A model generated the notes under the pieces. That model saw only the letters and a list, made by a program, of their open reading frames with translations, searched no databases and was not told the origin of the DNA. From Turneriella sp. (lineage in GTDB: Bacteria; Spirochaetota; Leptospiria; Turneriellales; Turneriellaceae), in the NCBI GenBank assembly GCA_965279515.1, contig CBDIID010000003.1:4256001-4320000 (forward strand): a stretch of 64,000 bases of DNA, written 5' to 3'. The first letter of the stretch is position 1. Each line of letters starts with the position of its first letter. Below are positions 1-8,996 of the stretch, in pieces. The translations under genes and the position numbers were made by a program.

Positions 1-35
1 CGCTTGACGGTTACGGCGGCTCAGCAAGTAAAAAT

Positions 36-944
36 ATGCGAATTTTTCTTCTGCCGCTGGCGCTGTTATTTCTGGCCTGCGCTTCAGGCACTACATCGTC
101 CGGTACCGAAGTCAAAACAATTCTCGAAAAACAAAACTCCCGGTTTGGCCTCGTCAGCGTCCATGATGCCGGTGGAAAAAGATTCATCAGCATCGGCCAG
201 CAGGAACAATCCGGTGTGAATCTGGCGAATAAGAGAGAATGGGTCTATACCTACATGTATCTGCTCTCGCTCGGCATTCTGGCGGTCGAGCACGGCGCCG
301 CTGAGCGTCCGGCGCGTGTTCTCGTGATCGGGCTCGGCGGCGGCAGTTTTTCCGATTTTCTCGCCGAAGTTTATCCGCGCTGGAATGTCGACGTCGTCGA
401 AATCAATCCCGCAGTCATTCGGCTCGCGAAAAAATATTTCCCGATCGATAAACGTGTTAATATCATTGAAGACGATGGCCGCGCTTACCTCAAAAAAACC
501 AAACAGAAGTACGACGTCATTCTCATGGATGCATTCGGGGAACATTATATTCCGCCCGAACTCTATACCCTCGAATATTTTAACCTGCTAAAAAGCCGCC
601 TGGTTCCCGGAGGACTTACCCTCATGAATACCTGGGAAGGGAACCCGCTCGAAGCGCAGGAGATTATGACGCTGCGAAACGTGTTCGCGCGCGGCTACTG
701 GATTCATAACCCGAGGGAGACGCCGGGGAACCGTATCTATATACTGGGGGATAAACTCGACAGCGAGGAGATAATCAAAAAGAGAATTGCTGAAGAATTT
801 TCCCGGAATAAATTCACGGGCTCATCGCCCGGCGACATTCTGGCGGCGATGCAGAACCTCTATAAACAAAACCTAACCGCAGAACCCATGACCGACCGGA
901 ACATCGGTGCGCTGTTCAAAAAATACCGCAAGACCTGGGAGTAG
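36..944 (+). CDS. Spermidine synthase-like class I SAM-dependent methyltransferase-fold lipoprotein
   Basis: VLVIGLGGG, VEINPAV, DDGRAY and YDVILMDAF motifs; N-terminal LAC lipobox. Confidence 0.8.
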   Translation: MRIFLLPLALLFLACASGTTSSGTEVKTILEKQNSRFGLVSVHDAGGKRFISIGQQEQSGVNLANKREWVYTYMYLLSLGILAVEHGAAERPARVLVIGLGGGSFSDFLAEVYPRWNVDVVEINPAVIRLAKKYFPIDKRVNIIEDDGRAYLKKTKQKYDVILMDAFGEHYIPPELYTLEYFNLLKSRLVPGGLTLMNTWEGNPLEAQEIMTLRNVFARGYWIHNPRETPGNRIYILGDKLDSEEIIKKRIAEEFSRNKFTGSSPGDILAAMQNLYKQNLTAEPMTDRNIGALFKKYRKTWE

Positions 945-946
945 CG

Positions 947-3136
947 CTACTTTTCCGTTAACACTTCAAAGCCGCGCCAGTCGGCCGGTGGGAATTTCAG
1001 GTGCCTTTCGATGCGCTCAAGGTAGAGTTTGAGCGTCTTGTCGGCGGTATTCTCTGCCGCCATTTGCAGGAAGGCCGTCTTGGCATCGCTGAACTTGCCT
1101 TCCTGGTAGAGTGCCAGGGCTTTGGTAAAATCGGCGGCCTGTCTTTGTTTCATGCGCTTCTTCTCATCGCTATCGCTGTTGAAGACCTCGATGAGTCCGA
1201 CCGGTTCGTTCTTGCCTTTGACCGCTACACGATCGACGAGCCGGTAGAGGTACTTTTCTTTCTGCTGAATGTCGTTCCACGAGACGTCGGAGATCAGCGT
1301 ACCCGCACCATAATTTTTCGTGAGGCTTTCAATGCGCGAAGCGAGGTTGACGGCATCGGCGATGACTGTACCGTCCATTCTCTGGTGCTCGCCGATCGTA
1401 CCCAGCATCACGCGGCCGTGGTGCACGCCGATGCCGATTGCAACGGGGAGGAAATTATGCTTCGCGCGGCGGTTATTCCAGTCAAAAACACGTTCATGCA
1501 TCGAGAGCGCCGCCTCAAGGGCATCGGTTGCTGCACCGCTCCGCGGCAAAGAGGGCATCCTGCCCGCCGCGGAGTCAGGGCCTCCGTGCCCTCCAGGAAA
1601 TAGCGCCATCACGGCATCACCGATATACTTGTCGATAAAGCCGTGGTGGTCGCGTATGACCGGACCGACCTTGTCGAGGTATGAATTAATAAAGTCAAAA
1701 TTTTCCTTGGGTGTCATCTTCTCTGACAGCGAGGTGAATCCGCGGATATCTGAAAAGAGCACCGCCATATCGCGCTGTACCTGGTCGCCGAGGTTGACGT
1801 CGAGAATGCTCTTCTTATCGAGCATGGTGAGGAATTCAAACGGCACAAAGCGCCGCGAAGCCGCATTAAATTTAGAAAGGCTTTCGTTTAATGCCTCGGT
1901 TTCATCATGGAGACGTACGAATCGGTTGGCCAGCACGAGCGCCATTGATATTATAAAGAAGATAAAAACATAGGTCAATAGCGGTGGCAGGTTGATTTTC
2001 GCCTGCCCGCTGAGAATATCGAGAATCATCGCTGCCAGCAGAACGACGAAGCTGACAATCATGATGATTGCATCGCGGTTTTTTCGTGCCACTTCGCGGA
2101 ACAGTATGAAAGCAATGCCGATAATGTAAAAGAACCAGATATACGTAACGACATTGTTCTGCAGGAAATCCCAGGTTTTGACATCCGGAGAAAACACCAC
2201 CGCCGCGGCCACGCCTGTGATAATAACATTGGCACCAATCACCGAATAGTCCCAGATCTTCACCCAGCCCGTAACAGGCCACTTGTAATAATGCCGGATA
2301 AAATAATAGAACGAAGGTACTAGCGTGAAGAGCGACAGGTACTGGATGCGTTTCCAGAAATACAGATTTAACCCGTATTGGTATTTAAGCTGCGTGTGCA
2401 GCGCACTGTAGACGACCAGTGCCAGGGCAAACAGCGCAAAATAAAAATTTTCGCGATCATGGCGGCGGCGGATAAAAAACAGGAAAAAATAAAGCCCGAA
2501 GGTCAGGTAACAGACGAGGGCAAGCGAACTCCATAGATTTTGCAGGTAGAACTCACGGTACATAAGCGCTGCCGGCCCGATTTCGGTGCGATCGCGGTAG
2601 ATGCCCAGTTCTTTTTCCAGCACACCCTGAACCTCGACGGCAATCTCGTTGACCCCGGCCTTGAGCGCACCCGCAGGGATCGAGTAGAGCCGCGTCTTAT
2701 CATAGGCCTGCGGTTCGGGCCGGCCCATCTCACCGGTTTCGCCGATCAGCACGCCGTTGAGGTAGGTGCGGTCGCGGTCGTTGATTTCACCCAGGCGGAT
2801 TGCGTACGCCTCGGTGGGTATTTTTTCCAAACGAAAGCGCATGCGGTAGTGGGCGATGCCCAGGCCGCTCATTCCGAGCTGGGGAGCCAGATTCTCCGGG
2901 GTTTTGACGATTTTATAGCCTGCGAATTCATCTTCTGCGACTTTTATTTTTCTGACGAGATTGCCTGCGCTGGGCTGGAATGAAGCGTTTTTTGCATACC
3001 AGATAAAACCGTCCGCCGACGAAAATCCTGCGACTTTTCCCGGCTGAATCTCTTTCGGCACGTTCTCTTCGAGGGCCGCAAGACTACCGCCGCCTGCCAG
3101 AGAGAAGAGGAGCAGAAAGCGCAGTTGTTGTTTCAT
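947..3136 (-). CDS. Membrane adenylate/guanylate cyclase (sugar-binding-like periplasmic domain, 7TM region, class III cyclase domain)
   Basis: FSDIRGFT, IDKYIGDAVMA and DAVNLASRIE motifs; about 7 TM segments; LGEINDRDRTYLNG jelly-roll motif. Confidence 0.9.
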   Translation of the reverse strand: MKQQLRFLLLFSLAGGGSLAALEENVPKEIQPGKVAGFSSADGFIWYAKNASFQPSAGNLVRKIKVAEDEFAGYKIVKTPENLAPQLGMSGLGIAHYRMRFRLEKIPTEAYAIRLGEINDRDRTYLNGVLIGETGEMGRPEPQAYDKTRLYSIPAGALKAGVNEIAVEVQGVLEKELGIYRDRTEIGPAALMYREFYLQNLWSSLALVCYLTFGLYFFLFFIRRRHDRENFYFALFALALVVYSALHTQLKYQYGLNLYFWKRIQYLSLFTLVPSFYYFIRHYYKWPVTGWVKIWDYSVIGANVIITGVAAAVVFSPDVKTWDFLQNNVVTYIWFFYIIGIAFILFREVARKNRDAIIMIVSFVVLLAAMILDILSGQAKINLPPLLTYVFIFFIISMALVLANRFVRLHDETEALNESLSKFNAASRRFVPFEFLTMLDKKSILDVNLGDQVQRDMAVLFSDIRGFTSLSEKMTPKENFDFINSYLDKVGPVIRDHHGFIDKYIGDAVMALFPGGHGGPDSAAGRMPSLPRSGAATDALEAALSMHERVFDWNNRRAKHNFLPVAIGIGVHHGRVMLGTIGEHQRMDGTVIADAVNLASRIESLTKNYGAGTLISDVSWNDIQQKEKYLYRLVDRVAVKGKNEPVGLIEVFNSDSDEKKRMKQRQAADFTKALALYQEGKFSDAKTAFLQMAAENTADKTLKLYLERIERHLKFPPADWRGFEVLTEK
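1539..1592 (-). repeat. Two-hairpin GGA-loop element, copy A (in-frame within the cyclase)
   Basis: Minus strand agggc-acggag-gccct followed by ctccgcggc[gggc-aggat-gccc]tcttt gccgcggag. Confidence 0.75.
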
Positions 3137-3999
3137 TTTTTCGCCCCCATCTGTGTGATATAGGCGCCGATAACGTCGCTGATTTTATCATCCGGAGTAT
3201 GTACATTCATCACCATATCCGAATGGTCTGTTTCTTTAATCCATTCAACCCGGATCTGGCGCAGGCCCGCAGCAGCGGATTTCTCAGCTAATTTTTTGCC
3301 CTGTTCAATGAGGTAGTTATAATCTTTTTCACCGAAAAGAATCAGCGCGGCCGTGGCATCGCGCGAAGCGTAGGTTGCCGGAGAATATTTCGCATCTTCG
3401 GCGCCTTCACCGAAGAACGGCACGGTCAGTTCTTTATTAAAATCAGCTTCTTTATGCTGGCGCATATGTGCGATATCGAGAATCGGCGAAAGCGCTATAA
3501 CTCCGCGGACATCCGCATTTTTTTTCTGCCACGCGGCCAGGAGTGCAAGGTGCCCCCCGGCTGAATGGCCCACCAGGTAAACCTGCGCCGGATCGATGGC
3601 AAACTTATCTGCTCTTTTTTTCAGGTATTGCACAGCGTTCGCGATATCGTTCAGTTGGTCTTCGACTTTCGCGCGCGGAAAAAGGGGGTAGTCGATAACT
3701 GCTGTCGCGATACCGCGGCTCGCGAGTGCGAGGCCGAAATTCTGGTAGAGGCCGGTAAATGCCTGGTGGTAACTGCGCGTCTGGTTGCGCCAGTAGCCGC
3801 CATGGATAAAAATGACCGCCGGTACTTTGCCGGCGGCTGTTTTCGGCGTATAAAGATCGAAACCCGCGTCCTTGTCTGCCGTATCTGAATAATTCAGGTC
3901 GTCGTGGAATGCGACTTTTTCTTCAACCTTCGCTCGTGCACGCAGATGGCAGCCGCTAAGCGCCGCCAGAATCGCCGCAATCGTCATAAAACGTATCAT
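3133..3999 (-). CDS. Alpha/beta hydrolase (HSL/arylformamidase-like) lipoprotein
   Basis: HGGYW oxyanion motif, GHSAG nucleophile elbow, LSGC lipobox. Confidence 0.85.
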   Translation of the reverse strand: MIRFMTIAAILAALSGCHLRARAKVEEKVAFHDDLNYSDTADKDAGFDLYTPKTAAGKVPAVIFIHGGYWRNQTRSYHQAFTGLYQNFGLALASRGIATAVIDYPLFPRAKVEDQLNDIANAVQYLKKRADKFAIDPAQVYLVGHSAGGHLALLAAWQKKNADVRGVIALSPILDIAHMRQHKEADFNKELTVPFFGEGAEDAKYSPATYASRDATAALILFGEKDYNYLIEQGKKLAEKSAAAGLRQIRVEWIKETDHSDMVMNVHTPDDKISDVIGAYITQMGAKK

Positions 4000-5297
4000 C
4001 GTATTAACCCCGGATTTTCAAGATATTGCGCGAGCGTTGCGAGAAATTTTGCACCAACGGCGCCGTCGACGATGCGGTGATCGCAGGCGAGGTTTAAGGC
4101 CATAAATTCCCCGAATAAAACTTCGCCATTTTTGCCCTCGTAAGGCCGCCGTTCGCTGGTACCGACGGCGAGAATACACGCCTCGGGCGCATTGATGATG
4201 GCCTGGAACGAAGTGACGCCGAGCATGCCGAGGTTTGAGATCGTAAAGCCTGCGCCGGTGTACTCATCGGGTTTAAGGCGTCGTGCCCGGGCGCGTGCGC
4301 CGAGCTCTTGCGCGGCTGCAGCGATCTGGAAGAGGCTGTACTGATCGGCGTTGCGGATGACCGGCGTGATGAGCCCGTCTTCGATGCTCACAGCGAAGCC
4401 GACGTCGACGTTGCCGAGTTGCACGATGTGGCCATTACCGAATTGACGGAGAACTTCCGGATGGCGCACAAGACTCTGTGCGACCGCCGCGATAATGAAA
4501 TCATTCACCGAGACTTTTTTCGGTAGGTGGGCGTTTTCGGGATTTTCCTGTGCTTGCAGCGTCGCAAGGCCTTTGTTTGTCTCTTCGCGCAATTTCACGA
4601 GGCTCGTCACATTGATGCTGCGCGAGAGGTAGAAGTGCGGTACATTTTGTTTGGCATACGTCAGGCGCTCGGCAATGGTCTGGCGCATCGGCGAGAGCGG
4701 TAGTGTTGTGTCGGGTATGCGCTGACCATGCGCGGCGTGGATCACAATAGAGCCTGCTGTTGTACCGGCGCGGGCCGGCAGTTGCGCGCCTGCCGAAAGA
4801 TCGCGGCTGACGATGCGGCCACCGGGTCCCGTACCCTGAATCGTTTTGAGGTCGATGCCATTTTGCCCGGCGATTTTTTTAGCCAGCGGCGAGCCCTTGA
4901 TGCGGCCCGACACTTGCCCCTGATTTAAATCAGGGGCGAGCGAAGGTTTTGCTGGCGCGGCCTGAGTCGCGCTACCGGTGGTTTGGCTGGTTTGCCCCCG
5001 ATCTGAAGCCGGCTTAGCTTCGGTTTTAATCCCACTCAGCAGGCTGTCGAAATTCTCACCTGGCTCGCCGACGACGGCGATGGGGGCGCCGACCGGAAGT
5101 TTGTCGCCCTTGTTTGCGAGAAGTTTTAATACGACACCACCGTCGTAGGCTTCGAGGTCCATGACCGCCTTGTCGGTCTCAATGGCTGCAAGCACATCGC
5201 CGGGCTTTACCCTGTCGCCTTCTTTTTTCAGCCATTCGACGAAGACGCCTTCCTTCATGGTGGGCGAGAGCTGTGTGATTGTTATTAGTTTAGCCAT
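3996..5297 (-). CDS. pdhC: Pyruvate dehydrogenase E2, dihydrolipoamide acetyltransferase
   Basis: Lipoyl domain IETDKA, E3-binding SPLAKKIA...GTGPGGRI, catalytic DHRIVDG. Confidence 0.9.
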   Translation of the reverse strand: MAKLITITQLSPTMKEGVFVEWLKKEGDRVKPGDVLAAIETDKAVMDLEAYDGGVVLKLLANKGDKLPVGAPIAVVGEPGENFDSLLSGIKTEAKPASDRGQTSQTTGSATQAAPAKPSLAPDLNQGQVSGRIKGSPLAKKIAGQNGIDLKTIQGTGPGGRIVSRDLSAGAQLPARAGTTAGSIVIHAAHGQRIPDTTLPLSPMRQTIAERLTYAKQNVPHFYLSRSINVTSLVKLREETNKGLATLQAQENPENAHLPKKVSVNDFIIAAVAQSLVRHPEVLRQFGNGHIVQLGNVDVGFAVSIEDGLITPVIRNADQYSLFQIAAAAQELGARARARRLKPDEYTGAGFTISNLGMLGVTSFQAIINAPEACILAVGTSERRPYEGKNGEVLFGEFMALNLACDHRIVDGAVGAKFLATLAQYLENPGLIR

Positions 5298-5393
5298 ATC
5301 AGCATTGTGTTAAATGAACTCTGTCACGTCAAACAATCGGGCGTGCCGGTGCACCAACGGTACGACCGGATGTTGAGGTTGGATTAACTTTTT

Positions 5394-5672
5394 TTAAGGG
5401 ACGGTCGTCCAGGACGCCACACCGGCGGTCGGCGAGTAGAGAAAGCCGCTGAAACTGCCGCCCGAAAGGGCACTCTGCAGAAAACCCTTGTCATTGCCAC
5501 AGACGGTGGGATAGACAATTATTGCCATCAACCTTTTTAATGACTGCCTTTAATTTGCCCGATTTGTCCGTCGCAGAGTTGGATCTACATTGTTGCCAGC
5601 GCAATTGGTGGCGCATACGCTGAAATACAGGGCAAGCGAAACTAAACGGCAAAAGAAGTTTTTGTCACGCAT
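5394..5672 (-). pseudogene. Possible remnant of a small lipoprotein gene with two frameshifts
   Basis: MRDKNFFCRLVSLALYFSVCATNCAGNNVDP, then NSATDKSGKLKAVIKKVDGN and IVYPTVCGNDKGFLQSALSGGSFSGFLYSPTAGVASWTTVP* in successive frames. Confidence 0.35.
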
Positions 5673-5785
5673 CGGTTACCAGATCGGTGCTTTCAAATGG
5701 CTGTGGCGCAGCAGCCTGTAAAGGGATATTGTTTTGTAGGCAGTTTTTATCTGTACAATCCGTTCGGCCGCGTATCGCTGGAAGC

Positions 5786-6547
5786 ATGCATATATTTCTG
5801 ACGGGCGCATCGACCGGTATTGGCAACGCCATCGCCAGGGAACTCGATACACATTTCAAGGGCGAAGCATTTTTCTCTCTGGCCTCGCGTAAAAAAGAAT
5901 TGCTCGGCGATTTGGCAAAAACACTGAAAAGTAAATCCGCCGTCTACGCTGCGGACCTGTCAGAACCGGCCGTTGCAGAAATGACGCTCGAGCGTGCCGT
6001 GAAAGAAAACGGCCCGATCGACATTCTCATCAACAACGCGGGCATGCAGAACATCGACCACTTTACTTCCATCAAAAACGAAGATGCCGAGAAACTTTTG
6101 AAACTCAATTACACCACGCCGGCACGGCTCATGCGCAAGGTGTTACCGTCGATGGCCGAGCGCAATTCCGGAACGATTATCAATATCGCGAGTTTAGGCG
6201 GAATCACACCGACGCCGTATATGGCAGAGTACTGTGCCTCGAAAGCCGCCCTGGCGTCGCTGGCGATTGCGCTTTCAGGGGAATACAAAGATACCAAATT
6301 GCATTTTCTTACCGTCTATCCAGGCCCCGTCGAGACGCCGATGTCAAACTATGCCGGCGATCGTTATGAAAAAGATGCCATGAGCCGTGTGCCCTTCGGT
6401 ACGGCGGCCGGCCTTGCGAAGGAAATCCGCATAGCTATGGAAAAACGCAACCACAAGGTTGTCTATCCGGCTGTCTACAAGACGGCTGAAATGTTCCGGG
6501 ATTTTTCTATCTGGGTGACTGCCCAGATGGCCCCTAAACCAAGGTAA
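5786..6547 (+). CDS. Short-chain dehydrogenase/reductase (SDR)
   Basis: TGASTGIG, NNAG and YCASK motifs; start moved to ATG 5786. Confidence 0.9.
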   Translation: MHIFLTGASTGIGNAIARELDTHFKGEAFFSLASRKKELLGDLAKTLKSKSAVYAADLSEPAVAEMTLERAVKENGPIDILINNAGMQNIDHFTSIKNEDAEKLLKLNYTTPARLMRKVLPSMAERNSGTIINIASLGGITPTPYMAEYCASKAALASLAIALSGEYKDTKLHFLTVYPGPVETPMSNYAGDRYEKDAMSRVPFGTAAGLAKEIRIAMEKRNHKVVYPAVYKTAEMFRDFSIWVTAQMAPKPR

Positions 6548-6556
6548 CGGCGCAGA

Positions 6557-6579
6557 CCTGCGGTGAGCTTGTCGAACCG
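6557..6579. repeat. 23-bp REP-like mini-element cctgcggtgagcttgtcgaaccg
   Basis: cggt/accg stem around GAGCTTGTCGA; interrupts a duplicated copy of the SDR 3' end. Confidence 0.55.
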
Positions 6580-6602
6580 TGGCACCTAAACCACGCTAGT
6601 GG

Positions 6603-8450
6603 TTAAAGAGCCTCTGATTTCGCGCATGCCAGCGGCTTATCCGCATACCAGGTGAAGAACTTGCGGATGGCCACTTTGCCCTTATAACCAAACAGCCGAA
6701 ACATTTCATCCCATTCTGATGAACTCGTCTGCATTTTTTTGGATTGAAAAACGTGCAGGGATGCACACCGCGCCAAAATATCGGGCCTCCAGGTTTCCGG
6801 TTTCATTCGACCCGTGAACACGAAGCAACGATTGCCAGAGATGAGAATTTCCGCGGGTTGATTTTTCGACGGTGCGATCTCAGCTTTTCCTCTGACGGGA
6901 AAACAGTATTTCGGTTCAGCGGGTCTGCCGTCGGCAAAAAGTTGCGCACCGGTTGAAATAATTTTCCGATCGCTGTAGATCCAAACCTTATTCGGTACCG
7001 CATAAATCGCCTCAGCAGGGTAGGTGGCGAGAAGATACGGCAGAATCAGAATCGCCGCCGCGGCCGGGGCGATGTAGAGTAAGTTGCGGCGCGCCGACCA
7101 AAGCCGGTGGCGGATTTTCAGAACGTAGAGTATGGCGAGCGCCACTGCGATGCAGACCAGAGAGACGATCTGGGTAGTTTTCTCGGCGGAGGGAAATGCC
7201 GTGCTGACATACGCTGCATGCCATGCGGCGAATTTGAGGTAGAGTGTATCGAGGGCAAAAAGCAGGTATTTTGCCGGCTCAAAGGCCATGAAGACCAGCG
7301 ATGTAAAAAGATAGAGCCCGGAAAACGGCACCAGCAGCAGGTTATAAAGAAGAGAGAGTGGCTGCGCACTGCCGAACAAAAGGTATCCCAGGACAAGGGC
7401 GGGCAACCCGGCGGCGAGTGTCAGTGCAGTGTGTTCGCTGAGCAGATTCAAAAATTTATTTTTCGCAGCGAAACAAAAGTGCAGTGGTTCATAAAAAACC
7501 AAAATCGCCGCGGTGATGCCAAACGAGAGAATAAACGACATCGAAAACGTGGAGAGCGGAAAAAGCAGTTCGACGACGATGGCGGTCAGAAACAGCAAGG
7601 CCCACGAAGGAATGCGCCGGTCGAGAAGACGCATGCCGAGGCCAATCGTCATAAAAAGCCAGGCGCGCAAGAGCGGCACGGGAAAATCGAGTAGCAGTAA
7701 GAACGCGGTCGCTACGGTGTAGCCCAGAGCGGCACCCAATGAGGGAATGCCAGCAAAGCGGAATGGCAGGTAGAGAATCGCGAAGAGCAGGGCGATGTTT
7801 AGTCCCGAGACCGCAAAGAGGTGCATGAGCCCCATGTCGCGGAAGGCGTCGAGCTCCTGGGGCGTCAGATCATCGGTGTCTCCCAGGAGAAAGGCTGCAA
7901 TTAAAGAGCGTTCGCCCATCTTATCAAATTTCGCATGGAGGTAATCGAGCGTCTTTTTCCTGAATTGAACGAGAAAGCCCTCAGGTTGTTTGAGTGTTTT
8001 GATCTCATTCACACGGCACCATGAGGCGACGCCCGAAAGCCGTTCGAACACCATGAAGGTCGATTCGGGCACAACCTGAATTGAACAGCGGTAGCTGACG
8101 CGCGAATGTTTAGCGGGTAGCTGCTCCTTTTTTAAGCCTGTAAGGCGCAGTTTCAGTCTTTGATCATTCTGAATAACGACGGACTTTCTGGAAACGCCAA
8201 TCACCTGCGCTTCGCCGGATAAAGGCAACGCGGCCGGCGCACTCAAAATATTTAAGCGGAGAATGAAGAGCCAGGCACCCAGAACGATGCCGCCGGCCAC
8301 CGAAGCAATAAATAGACTGCGGTCCGAACGCCGGAAATCGGCAATGAGAAAACCCGCTGCCGTTGCGGTACAGATGATTGCTGCCGCGAGAAATCCTGAT
8401 CTAAAAAGAACGGCTGCTACAAATGTAAAAAAGGCGTATGGCCACAGCAT
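6603..8450 (-). CDS. comEC: ComEC/Rec2 competence-domain membrane protein
   Basis: GLMHLFAVSGLNI, LLRAWLF and SFILSF motifs; many TM helices. Confidence 0.85.
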   Translation of the reverse strand: MLWPYAFFTFVAAVLFRSGFLAAAIICTATAAGFLIADFRRSDRSLFIASVAGGIVLGAWLFILRLNILSAPAALPLSGEAQVIGVSRKSVVIQNDQRLKLRLTGLKKEQLPAKHSRVSYRCSIQVVPESTFMVFERLSGVASWCRVNEIKTLKQPEGFLVQFRKKTLDYLHAKFDKMGERSLIAAFLLGDTDDLTPQELDAFRDMGLMHLFAVSGLNIALLFAILYLPFRFAGIPSLGAALGYTVATAFLLLLDFPVPLLRAWLFMTIGLGMRLLDRRIPSWALLFLTAIVVELLFPLSTFSMSFILSFGITAAILVFYEPLHFCFAAKNKFLNLLSEHTALTLAAGLPALVLGYLLFGSAQPLSLLYNLLLVPFSGLYLFTSLVFMAFEPAKYLLFALDTLYLKFAAWHAAYVSTAFPSAEKTTQIVSLVCIAVALAILYVLKIRHRLWSARRNLLYIAPAAAAILILPYLLATYPAEAIYAVPNKVWIYSDRKIISTGAQLFADGRPAEPKYCFPVRGKAEIAPSKNQPAEILISGNRCFVFTGRMKPETWRPDILARCASLHVFQSKKMQTSSSEWDEMFRLFGYKGKVAIRKFFTWYADKPLACAKSEAL

Positions 8451-8453
8451 AAA

Positions 8454-8747
8454 TTATTGCTCACGCCTCCAATAATCAGGCTCGCGACTCTGATGAGCAA
8501 CCGCATCGATCAGGATATATTCTCCTAAGTCAGTGTAAAAAATGGTGTATGGAAATTTTTTTAGCGGATAATGACGGTATGTTTCATCGTATGGCGCCCA
8601 TGCTTCCGGAAATTGCCGGATATCTTGTATGGCAGCTTGGATATTCTCAAAAAAACGTGCCGCCAAAAGCGGATCAACACGCTGATACCATTGCTTAGCT
8701 GCGGTAAACTCCTGATCAGCTTCGACGGAAAGTCTGATCGGTTTCAT
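8454..8747 (-). CDS. Type II toxin, RelE/ParE family
   Basis: EADQEF..A.QWY, PEAW, KFPYTIFY and AVAHQSREPDYW pattern. Confidence 0.85.
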   Translation of the reverse strand: MKPIRLSVEADQEFTAAKQWYQRVDPLLAARFFENIQAAIQDIRQFPEAWAPYDETYRHYPLKKFPYTIFYTDLGEYILIDAVAHQSREPDYWRREQ

Positions 8748-8955
8748 GCTTCGCGCGAAATTCTTCGAATGAAATCGTTTTCAAGTAACCTGTTTTGATG
8801 CGCTCTGCGCGTTTCTTCAACTCATCGCGCCAGAGTGTATCTGTTTCTGCGGTCATTCCCGTCGATGACAAGAGTATATCAGCCAATGCGATCTTTTCTG
8901 AATCTGAAAGAGATTCGGTTTCGGCCCGAATCCTCTCTAGTTTACCCGTGATCAT
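8716..8955 (-). CDS. Putative addiction-module antitoxin (TIGR02574-like)
   Basis: LS.SEKIALAD.LL.S...W.DELKKRAERIKTG...ISFEE; overlaps the toxin start. Confidence 0.8.
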   Translation of the reverse strand: MITGKLERIRAETESLSDSEKIALADILLSSTGMTAETDTLWRDELKKRAERIKTGYLKTISFEEFRAKHETDQTFRRS

Positions 8956-8996
8956 AAGTTAGCACGGCGCGCCAAACCGGGCGCGACAAGCATTTA

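Noticed and set aside
6753..6766. Single gtgc-agggat-gcac hairpin, and a similar one at about 19681-19694
   Set aside because: Lacks the second enclosing stem and shows no sign of a peptide insertion; may be chance
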